Assembly: GCF_009914755.1 (NCBI RefSeq)
Contig: NC_060925.1
DNA length: 64,000 nt
Source of the DNA: the human T2T-CHM13v2.0 reference genome, Homo sapiens
Direction: 5' to 3' (one strand)
How positions within the stretch are numbered: position 1 is the stretch's first letter; each line of letters begins with the position of its first letter. The translations under genes and the position numbers were made by a program. Below the pieces are notes generated by a model that saw only the letters and a program-made list of their open reading frames with translations, was not told the DNA's origin and did no database searches. Shown in pieces: positions 34,021 through 50,455 of this stretch.

Positions 34021-35429
34021 GCAATCAGTTTTTGCACTGCTGGAATTGTTCTTGATAAGTCAATACAGGTATTTTCCAGAGAAGTCCAAGTGTCTTCTCT
34101 TTCTTTCTTCCCTGCTGCTACTGACAGATTACTTCCTAGTCTATGCTTTTTCCCCTCAAGCATCTAAGGAATTACATTTCCCTTGTTTTGTTACAGCAAC
34201 CCATCTGTTCCTCTAGCTTTCCTCTGCTGGTGCTACTTCAGTGTCACTTTTCCTGTGATGGGTAATCTCTGGGGGTAGTGCTTGAGGCTCTCCATTATTC
34301 AGCTCCTTTTGGGGATTCCTACTTTGGTGCATGAGGCTTTGCAGTCATCTGCTGGCTGGATCAAGTGCATGCTGAAAAAGACTTGCTCCATATTCAATTT
34401 CCCCTTTTGTAAGTGCCCAAATATCAGCTCAAGCTCATCATTTCTAAAATATATAGACCCTACTTTCCTCATTCCAAAATTAAAAAAATATATATTATAC
34501 ATACACATCATTTCCTACATACAAACTGTAGAGAATAATATAATAAACATATATCAATCCAACATCTAGCTGAAAAAAAAAAAGCATTCAGATATAGCCG
34601 AAACCCTCAGTGTATCCCTCTCATTTATATTTTCCTTCCTGCCTTCCTTCTAGGAAGTAACCAGTTTTCGAATTTGGTGTTTTCAATTCCCATTATATAT
34701 ACAGGAATGTTTCGGAATATATACATATATATATAAAATTGTGTGTGCATGCATACATTTACATGCACTATATATCCCTAAACAATAAAAAGTATTTTAC
34801 ATGTTTTTAGCTCCACTCATTCTTCCATCCAGGGTTATAGCTTTTCTGAGCTTCTGTGTCTGAATGCAACAGACAAAACAAAGAGACACTCAACAGGACT
34901 CTTTGCCAGGGGCTAAGCGTTTTCCCAGTAGAGTGGTTATCTTACGGGGGTGGGGAGAAAAAGGAGCCAGTACAACTGCTTGACTCAATATACAGCCATG
35001 ATCCTCTTAGGAGAAGGGCAATTCTGGCTACAGCAAGAGTTTGCCATTTGGTTTTGTTGCCTGAACTCATGGCAGAATTCTGGGAAGAACAAAAGGGTTA
35101 CAAGGAAGAACTAACTGTGCAACTACTACTGATGCTACCACCGCCTCAAGTACCATCACATCTGTCTCACATGCCCATTATGAGTCAGGAACTGTTGTAA
35201 GTGTTTTTCAAAGCATTATCTTCTGATTACCAAAACAGTCCTCAGAGTAAAGAAACTAAGGCTACAAAGAACCTTAACCATACCTTTTTCCTGAATATCA
35301 GACCCTCATTCCAAGTGTTAATGAGCATCTTTATTCAGAGAGTGCACAGACATGTTAAACACATGTCTAAAATTTTGCCCTGCCTGTAGCTTCTACCCTC
35401 TTTTCCTCCCAGTTAACAGATGTGAGATT

Positions 35430-36000
35430 AAACCTCTTAGATCAAAGTCTAATCAATTGCTGTCCTGCCCCAAAGTCTTCAATAGCTTCCCATTACTTGA
35501 AGAATTAAGTACAAACTCCTCACCCTGGCATTTAAAGTCCTCTGCAGTAGGTCCCCGACCTATGTTCCTAGCTTTATCTCCTACTTTTTTCCTATACCGC
35601 AGCCAAACCAAACTATTTGCTGTTCTCCAAATATGCCACACATATTCCTCTCTCTGTGACCTTGCTCATGCTGTTTCCCTTACCTGAATGTTCTTCTCCT
35701 TTCCCCTACCTAGCTACCCACTGAAATTCTGTGCAATTTTCAAAGTCAATTTTAACCTTCCAGCTGCTCCTCTGTGTCCCTTGTTCTTCATTCTCCAATC
35801 ATAACATTATTTTTCCTCCTTTAGCCCCAATTGCATTTTGTTGATACATCTTTTCTCTTCTTGAATTATACAGTGATTCTCTGTGTGCTTGACTTTTCTT
35901 CATCATGAAACTGTAAACTCCAAGAGAGCACAATCTGTGTCCTCCTCAACTTTGCTTCCCTAGCACCCAGAAGGATATAGTGCTGTATTAAATCATTGGA
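35430..36000 (+). mobile_element. L2 fragment
   Basis: 'ccttgctcatgctgtttcccttacctgaatg' and 'actgtaaactccaagagagca'. Confidence 0.65.
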
Positions 36001-36899
36001 TTGATGTAGTACTTTCTCTCTTAAGGCCACTATGCAAATAATTCACACTGAAACATGCCCAATGTGTATAAGGACTGAAATTGCATCTTTCAGTCTGAAG
36101 GGCTAAGGTCATTCTCCAGTCCTAGCCCATATCCTTGACCCAAAGTAAGCTGAGAAACAATCACTGTAATTCAGCGTGACGGAGTGGGACTTATCTGCTG
36201 AGTGTAAGAAGAGGCCTTAACTAATCAAGAAGTTGGGAAAGCTGGAAGACTTTGCACAGATCTTGCCTGAAACTAGGAGGAGGTGTTCAGTTGGTAAATT
36301 GATTTTTTTCTTCCTCTATAAAGGCATCATAAAAAAGATCTAGGTATAGTTTTGCTTAGAAGGTGGTTAAGAATTTAGAATGCAGGGTGAGTGTGTGTGT
36401 GTGTGTCTTGTGTGTGTGCACATGGTGAGCCCAGAGTGACGGCTGCATTGTTCCTGATCTTTGGCCCACAGCCACAGCAGATACAAGGGGTTGCCCTGGG
36501 CCTGGTCCTCTCCTGTGCAGTTCTACTGACTGTTTGGCACTGGAGAATGCAGAGGCACATGACAGGCCATCTTTTGCCCATTTGTTTCTGTCATGATTTT
36601 TTTTCCTTAAAGAGGAAAAAGAGGCTTGTGTTGTTTGTGTAATTTCCTTCTTTGCTTTGGCCTACACTAGGCTGTCAGCCCATTCTAGTCGTCTTCTTTC
36701 TCCAAATTAATATACAACATGTCATCACCTCTTTTTAAAAATAAAGATCCAGCTCTTCAGCTTCAACGACCTTAAAAAGCTCTTTTAACTCAACATTTCT
36801 AACCTCAGACTCAATGTTTGCTTCTCTTTCCCTTCCTTCCTCTGACACCCCTCTCTACCTCCTCCCACAAAAGAAAACTGGATCAGCTACTGGACTTTT

Positions 36900-38840
<1,941 letters not shown>

Positions 38841-39379
38841 AATTGTACCTTTTCCAGCTTTCCCTCCCACTGTTCCCTCCAAAAAGCATCTTCTCCAGTC
38901 AATACATCTTTTAACCTCCCATCTACATACTTGTTCTTTCCACTTCCACACCTCGATGTCATTTCTCTCTTTGTTGACTGGTGGACAGCAATATAGTGAG
39001 ACAGAGAGGGGAGGAGGAGGTCAACATAATAAGTTGGAAACTTGGAGTTTAAGAGGCATGCAGTAAGCAGTTGGATAGTGCTTTCCCTTATCTCTTATCT
39101 TTTTCTCTATTTATGTAATTATACCTGAACCTCCAGGTCAAGCTTGAATTCCGTCTTCTCCACCTGAGCACAAATACCACCTATGACCTCCCTCCAAATG
39201 TACCATCTTGGCTCTCATCAAATAGTGTTCTGAATGAGAAGTTATCTTTTTGTGAATGCATGCCTCATCTCATCTCTCCCCTAGAGCTTGTGCTCTCTTA
39301 GGGTAGAGGCCACAATGTTTAGCCATGGGCCTTGCTAATAATAGGCCTTGAATAAATGTGTTGCTGCGTGTTTAGTTCA

Positions 39380-39493
39380 TAGAGTGACTAACCATCCTGG
39401 TTTGCCCAAAAGTGAGGGGGTTCCTGGGACACTGGATTTTCAGTACTAGAACTGGGAAAGTCTCTAGCAAACCAGGATGAGTTGGTCACCCTA
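39380..39493. mobile_element. MER81 (hAT-Blackjack MITE)
   Basis: 114 bp with TIRs tagagtgactaaccatcctggtttgc / gcaaaccaggatgagttggtcacccta. Confidence 0.8.
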
Positions 39494-40136
39494 GAGGTTC
39501 TCCTAAGCAGCTTTGAAGGTCTGTGTGTGTAGTCACATGGTGTTTCCTCTGGTGCATATTCCCTGCTTTGTTTCCACCGTTGGACTTTAATTGATGTGAG
39601 CTTTCACCATTGGAGACAAGCTCCATGCAGGCTGACTTCGTCTCATTTACCACTATACTCCAAGCACCTGGAACAGGCCAGGCTCATTATAAGAAGTTAA
39701 TTAATGATTTTTGAGTGAATGAAAAGAAAACATTAAGCACCATTACATCTCTTGATAATCTCATTTTCCTTCTAGGTAGTAGGCTCCAAAGTTCCATAAA
39801 CACAAAATTTTTAAAGTGCTAGGCAAGAACAATGATCTTATGCTAATCCATTCTAATTTCATTTTTTTGTAAATGTTTTTATACAGAGTTAATAAACAGA
39901 GCCTTGAATTTCCACTGATTTTTATAAGAATGGAGAACTCCAGAGATGCTAGAATACAAAAAATTGCTCCTGAAAATGGAAGAAGTCACCAAGACCAAAC
40001 TCCCAAGGGAAAAGACAGGAGTGTCACATAGATGAAAGAGACTTTAAGGGGGGATCTCATTTGATCTCTTTCTGCCAGATTCTTTATATGAATGGTGCCT
40101 AGCATATAGTAGGTGTTAAATTTATGGTAGAGATGA

Positions 40137-40436
<300 letters not shown>

Positions 40437-40735
40437 AGATTATATTTACACTTACCTACAGACACACAAATTTTTGAAAAAGCCATATTGTTTGCATAGA
40501 AGTCAAAGCATAGGGTCTGAAAACATTAATTTCCAATTTAATAATTCCTGAAAAACTCTTAGTACTACCAGTATTATCAAATTGTAGACAACACCTTACA
40601 TAGAAGATAACAGTGAGTTTGTAGGATTTTCAAAGTAATTTGATCCAAAATAGTAAGCCAATGAGAGAGAATACATTGCTGACATTCAGCAGCTAGGTAT
40701 TTTAAGACAGGGACTGCCTCAAAACCTACTTGATG

Positions 40736-41107
40736 CTGACACAGAGTCTTACTATTTGTCTTCTGGCCCACAGGTCTCCCTTTCTCTGGCCTTGCCCTCT
40801 GTAATCAGTTCATCCTCCATACTGCCAACAATGTAATTTTTCTAGAATGCAAATCTGATCATGCCACTCTCCTGCTTATTAAAATCCTTCAGTGTCTCCC
40901 CACTGACTTGAGGATGAAACCCAATAACTGCACACAAAGCCCTTCATGACCCACTCTGCCCTCCTCAATAGATGCAGCTTCTGCCCACCGAAGAAAGCTT
41001 ATACCAAATTCCTTTGGTTTCCAGATGTAGCCCCTTCTCTTAGGGTTCTGCACCTTATAAGTTATATTCCTACTGCTTGGAATGATTTCCTTTTTTTTTT
41101 TGTCTTC
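40736..41107 (+). repeat. ~96% identical direct copy of 38182-38560
   Basis: Manual alignment gives about 14 differences over ~355 bp, excluding poly-T. Confidence 0.95.
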
Positions 41108-41416
41108 AGATGGATGAAAGCAGAAGACCACTTATATATTTACATAAAATATGCATAGTAGAGGAACATGAAGGAACCATATAGTACTTTTGCAATCATT
41201 GCTTTTTATGATATACCCAGAGGACAGTTATGTGTTGAAGTTAATCTCTACTTTTTCTTTGCTCATCCACTTCCAGGTCAAATTCTGATACAAGGTGTGG
41301 CATAATATATTCTCCTCTTGCAATGAAATTTTACTTTTTGGTAATAGTTGTGTGGAATAAGTAAATTCATTGAGATACAGAAATCTTCATAGTGATGGAG
41401 AAATGTGGTAAGCTAA

Positions 41417-41830
<414 letters not shown>

Positions 41831-42739
41831 TAAATTTTCTCTCTTTCCAAACCAAATTAGATCCTATATTTCACTGTTTTGCCACACCATAAAAAATATT
41901 TCTGATAATTGTTTGTTCATTTGTTTATGTTGTCCCTCCTCACTAGATTGATTTTAAGGCCCATCCTTATCTACCTCTTCATTCCTAGTGACTGGCATAT
42001 TGCCTGACAAACAGAAGGCACTTGGAAAGTGTTTGCAGGGTTGAATTAAAGTGTGGAGAGTTTGCTAACATCAGGTTCTTTCGTCCCACTCTGCAAGGGC
42101 AAGGGTATATTGGCATGAGTTGAGCCCCTTCAAACTATGTCCTGGTTCCTCATCTATACAGGTAAAGAAATGGGTAGACAAGGGGCTATTGAACATTTAT
42201 GATTACAGCCCATTTAGATGGGGCAAAAGATTTCATAGTTATGGAAAGATGATTCAGTGATAATCAGAAAGTATAAATACAGGAGCAGGTTTTCGGGGAT
42301 TAATAATACCTCTGCTGTATCAACAGCCCACATTCAGTCTATCTGCAAATCCTATATACTCCTCGTCCAAAATAAATCTCCAGTCTAGCCATCTCTACTG
42401 CCACTGGCCTAGTCTAAGCTCCTGGTTGACCAACACAATAGCCTGTACAATAGCCCACAACAAATGAGGTGAATCATAATAAGCTTAACTAAAAGAAGTT
42501 TAAAGTTAAAAAGCAAAAATGGCAGCAATTGAAAATCATGATGTCTAATCATATCAGTATGTTCTTGTGCTTGCAAAATGGCCAGATAGACAATATGGAA
42601 TTAGAATTCTTTAAAAAGATCTAGAAAAGTAGATAGTAAAATGGTTACTCTAGTAAAGCAGATTAATAGATCTACCCTCTTACTTAGTTACCTTTTTGTG
42701 ACAAGAGCAGCTATGATCTACTTATTTAACAAAAAACGC

Positions 42740-44935
<2,196 letters not shown>

Positions 44936-45289
44936 TTTCCTTGCTGGAATAGCAGTTAGGATTTGGTGCTCTCTCCTGCAGCTTCTTGAAGTGTGACTTT
45001 GCTAAGCCTTAAGCAATTAAACACATTATATCTCTGGAAACATATATAAGAAACTGATAGCAGTGGTTGTCCCCAAAGCGGGGAACCAGATGTTGGGAAG
45101 CAGGGGTGGGAGTGAGACGTTTCCTGTTGCCCTTTTACTCCTTCTGAATTTTAAATAATGAGAATGTATTTAAATAAATAGAAATGAGGCACTAAAAATT
45201 AGTGTATTTTTATAAGTCAGATACTATCTTGATTTAGATTCTAGTAAAGTGGTAGTAAGATGCAAACATTTTTAAAAGATATGAGATAT

Positions 45290-45588
<299 letters not shown>

Positions 45589-46596
45589 TCATGAGAGAAG
45601 TTTTGTGTAAATTTGGAAAATACTACCACTCTTTGATTCTGTAGATCCGGCACCTTGGTCTGGTGTTCTATTGGAGCAGTTTGGGAATCATGACTCTTAA
45701 GGAAAGAGAATGTTGACAGTCAAAACTTTGCTTGGATATGCTTTAGAGAATTTCACAGTGATTTGAAAAGAACACTCTCTGTGATGTGCTCTTTAAAACC
45801 ATTACACAACCATTATTTTGATGTTGTGGATATTACTTTTTCTCGTATCATTTTTCTCAACAAAAGGATAAGGTCAGTAAGTGTATATACGTTTATAAAC
45901 TAAGGAAGTTAAGTAATGTAAGCACAAACCATCCAAGGAATTTGTTAGTGATGCAATCCTGGCCTCTAAATTGCTCTTGACCAAGGAGCTTCACATATGG
46001 GAAGGATCAGAAATTCTATGGCATGGAATCAAAGACACTCTTCCTGCTTCAGGGGCACATATAGATTAGTACTGTCATTGCAGTTTCCTATTAGATGATT
46101 CTTAGTGACCAAATCTCTGTCTAGGACCCAGATACCTTATTTACTCAAAATAGTGGACGGAAAATAAACGTTTGATATACATGTATGCATAATATTTTCA
46201 TCTACATAATTTTTATTTCCCTGAGTGTTTTTTCTTGGGTCATATTTAAAACTCATGCCAGCCCTGTGAAGAAGGTTGTCATTTTTTTTTTCTGATGTAC
46301 ACATGTGGAAAAAGTGACTGGACAGAATCATTCTATTGATAAGTAGCACAGAGTCAGGCATTTTGATTCTTGGGCTTTTGTTCTTCCCCCTGGAAAATGC
46401 TTAGTGACTTGATCTGGAATGCCATCCTCTCTTTTCAGGTTTTGACTTGATCTTTAAAATTATGCTCAAAATTCTTCCCCAAGAGGCTGTTTCACCAAAG
46501 CCCAGATGGTTTTTGCTGGTTCCAAGACTCCCAAAAACTTGTTTCCAGTATTTTCTATTATATCCAGTATCTATTATTTATCACATTCCAGTATGA

Positions 46597-46960
<364 letters not shown>

Positions 46961-47084
46961 TGTACTGATTTTCTTTCTGCTATTTGTCTCCCTTTCTTAT
47001 TTTATGTAAATTATTATAAATAGTACTACTCCTGACTTACAGACATTTACATTCTGTTTTTAATAACTTCTAGATGACTAGAGA

Positions 47085-47280
47085 ATAGTAGTTCCAAACT
47101 TTTGTGTACATAAGAATAACCTAGGGAAGTTATTAAAAATAGACTTCTCAGTGCTCTTCCCATAGGTTCTAGTTCTGTTGGGGGGAGGCGGGGGAGGTCC
47201 AGGAATCTGCATTTTCAATAAGCACCCCAGAGGATGCTGATGCAGGTGATCCAGTAACCACGCTTTCAGAAATTCTGCTG
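47085..47280. mobile_element. MER5A1-like hAT MITE
   Basis: 'ccaggaatctgcattttcaataagcaccccagaggatgctgatgcaggtgatcc'. Confidence 0.75.
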
Positions 47281-47516
47281 TTGAGAACTAAAAATGTGAT
47301 TGTTATCCTCTGCTCAGTAGGGGAAACAGAGGTGTAAAATAAAATAACTGAGTTCTTGCTCTCTTGGTGTTGACAAACTTTCAGCTGTGAGTGGTGTGGA
47401 CACTAAATGCAATAGGAATACAAAGAAGGGAGGCATCACTTCTGGCTGGATTGTCAAGCTTCATAAAAGATAGGGGGTTTGAAGAAAAGAAATTTCAAAA
47501 AGATGAAAAAAAAATG

Positions 47517-47850
<334 letters not shown>

Positions 47851-48921
47851 CTAAGTGTTGAGGATGCATAACTTCTTTTAGGGGATCAGTATGTGGAATG
47901 ATGTGCCTGAACTAAAAAGAGTTTTTGTGGGCACATGTAGGAATTTACACTTGGAAAGACAGGAGTCAGATCGCAGAGAGTCTTGAATTTGGACTCTATT
48001 CTGCAGGTATTGGGTGGTTCCTCAAACACGCAGGTAAGATAAAAGTGATCTTAAAAGATTGATGTGGCAGTGAGTTTGAAAGCCGTGAACTACGTTTGGC
48101 GGTCTTTGTACACATTGGGAGAAACGCCAATTGTGAAAGTAGATTTAACATGATCTGGAGCTTGACTATGTGAGAAAGCGAAAAGTGTCAGAAACGCTGC
48201 TGAGGTTTGAACCTCCTTGACTGGGAGGATTATGTGCAATTTCACCGCCCAGCAAATCTGAAGGAGGAAATGTTTTGAGGATAGTATGTTTGGTTCTAGG
48301 TCTAGAATTCAACTTCCTGCCAAATTTGGAATCTTCTGTACATATGCATCAGGTGGCTTCGTTTAAATATACGACAATTACTTTTATTATGTTGAAAGGA
48401 AAAGGTCTGGAGCTCGAGGGAGGGGATTACAGATTTGGGTCCATTGGCGCAAAGGGAGGCTGACTGTTCAGATTAATAATTATTAACGGCCACCGTATGG
48501 AAAGCACTGCACGAAAAACTAAGATGACCAGTCCTCGTCCTTAAGAAATTCAAAATCTAGACGGAATCTCCAAGAAAGAGATTCCGGTAAGAGTACATGG
48601 CAAGCCTCCATATCCACACACCACTGACCAATGAATTTGTACTCTTCTCGTTGGAGTAGTTGAGGGCCTTTGGCTCAAGGAGGGGTGAAAATTAGCAGGA
48701 TACTAAATTGGGAATGAGAAATCTCTTTTTAGAGGGCGTGGACTTGCAGAACTCTTTGAAGCAGCAGATGCTAGACTGCCCAAACCCCACGCGAGAGTAG
48801 CTCTCTGGAGTTGCGGAGTCCGAACCTCCCAAGAGCTACAAATTTATTCCGCAACTACCAATTTTGCGGTTTGGGGCCAGTAAGGCGCCAAGACCCGCCC
48901 AGGTGTCCAGACCTCGCAACG

Positions 48922-49568
48922 ATTGGACGAGCTCACCTTCTCGCCTTCCCCGGGCCCCTCGCCCGTCAATCACACTGCTTGCTCGCCACCTGACCTCTGC
49001 TGCGCCCCCTTTCAGTGGTGTAACACCTGGCGCTCTTTCGCGCCCCAGCCCTCCGGCGCCCCACCAATCGCTTCAGTTCTTCATTGGCCAGCAGAGAGGT
49101 GAGGGAAGGGAAGGGGCGCTCTATTTTGCTCTCTGAACGCACCCTCTCAAGTTTCCCAGTCTTCTCGTAGACGGTCAGGAGAGCAATGACAGCCTGGAGC
49201 AGTCGCGCGTGAGCGCAAAAATGCCCGCTGGTGGAGGAGCGCTTCCCCTCCCTCCCAAGCGATTTGCCGCATTTGTTCTGACGCAGGGGCACCCCGCTCG
49301 CCGTCTTCACTTACGATTGGCTGTGGCCGAAGCCCGTCACACAGCCCGCCCCACTCCTCTGCCTCAAGAGGCCGCACCTCACGCCGTCGCTGCCGCTTAG
49401 CCGTGTGATTGGCTAAGAGGGCTGGCATGCTTTCCCGCCCCCTCCCCCGCCGCCGCACCAAGAGGCGGGCGGGACCCCGCGGAAGTTGTCAGTCAAACTC
49501 CTCCTTCCCACCCCTTGCGAGGCCCCTCCCCGGGCCGCGCGCCCTGGCGCGCGCACACGCGCACACAC
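48922..49568. promoter_or_regulatory. TATA-less promoter with CCAAT (NF-Y) boxes, GC boxes, an ETS/GABP site and an NRF1-like tract
   Basis: ATTGG at 48922, 49083, 49316 (CGATTGGCTG) and 49408 (TGATTGGCTA); CCAAT at 49064; CCCGCCCC ~49345; GGGCGGG ~49467; CGGAAGT 49480-49486; GCGCGCGCAC from 49547. Confidence 0.75.
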
Positions 49569-49737
49569 TCCCCAGTCGCCTGTACCAACCACCTTCTCAA
49601 GTTGTAGCGGTCGCTCGCCTGGGGTTCTCCGTGGGCGGCCGACGGGCGCGTGGGGGAGGGGGTTCGGGCCGCCCAGCGCGGCAAGGAGCGAGTGTGTGCA
49701 CGCAGAGGGCCGGGGCTACGGGGCAGCGCCCCGGGCG

Positions 49738-49755
49738 ATGAGGGGCCGGCGTTGA
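49738..49755 (+). other. uORF1 (MRGRR*)
   Basis: gcgATGAGGGGCCGGCGTTGA in the presumed 5' UTR. Confidence 0.55.
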
Positions 49756-49800
49756 CCGGGAAGAGCGGGCACCGCGGCAGTGGCTCCGAGGGGACCCGCG

Positions 49801-49815
49801 ATGGCAGCGCCCTGA
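49801..49815 (+). other. uORF2 (MAAP*), strong Kozak, in frame with the main CDS
   Basis: gcgATGGCAGCGCCCTGA, with G at -3 and +4. Confidence 0.6.
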
Positions 49816-50087
49816 GAGGAGGCTCCAGGCAGGGCGTGCTGCGCTGGCAGCGGCCGCTGAGGTGCTGGCCGGCCGGCTGGCTGGCGACGGGGGCAGAAGC
49901 GACGAGAGGCGCGCTCGGCACCCGCACCCCCGTGCCCCCGCCTCAGTTGTCTAAACTTCGGGCTCTCTTCCACCCGCTCTGCGCGCCCAGAGTCAACAAC
50001 TTCTTCACCCCCCTCCGCCCCCGCCCTTCCCTCCGTCAGCCCCGGGAGCTCGCCGCGCGCCGGGGACCAGGAACCTCCAGCGCTGAG

Positions 50088-50099
50088 ATGTGGCCGTGA
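50088..50099 (+). other. uORF3 (MWP*)
   Basis: gagATGTGGCCGTGA; same GAGATGT context as the main ATG. Confidence 0.6.
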
Positions 50100-50274
50100 G
50101 GCGTTGGCGGGCGGCGAGGAGAAGCTCGGCGGCGTCCCGGGGCCGGAGGGCCGTGGGGCCGGGGCGCAGGGGCGCGAGCACCCCGCGCCTCTCCCCCGCC
50201 TCCTCCTGCCGTCTCCGCCGCTGCCCGTGCCTTGCAAGCAGCAGCCGGAGCTGCCAAGCGTCAGGGCCGCGGAG

Positions 50275-50455
50275 ATGTCGTCGTCGTCGCCGCCGGCGGG
50301 GGCTGCCAGCGCCGCCATCTCGGCCTCGGAGAAAGTGGACGGCTTCACCCGGAAATCGGTCCGCAAGGCGCAGAGGCAGAAGCGCTCCCAGGGCTCGTCG
50401 CAGTTTCGCAGCCAGGGCAGCCAGGCAGAGCTGCACCCGCTGCCCCAGCTCAAAG
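50275..50455 (+). CDS. PPP2R5A: First coding exon of PP2A regulatory subunit B' alpha (B56-alpha), 60 codons + 1 nt (phase-1 intron)
   Basis: Translation [60 protein letters not shown] is the recognisable B56-alpha N-terminus. It ends at the donor AAG|GTAACC (50455/50456) inside a CpG island. Confidence 0.96.

Larger units (their letters stand above)
49574..50274 (+). other. PPP2R5A: Probable long GC-rich 5' UTR of PPP2R5A (TSS approximate)
   Basis: Lies between the CCAAT/GC/ETS cluster and the ATG. An Inr-like CCCAGTC is at ~49571-49577. The TSS is inferred, not observed. Confidence 0.6.
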
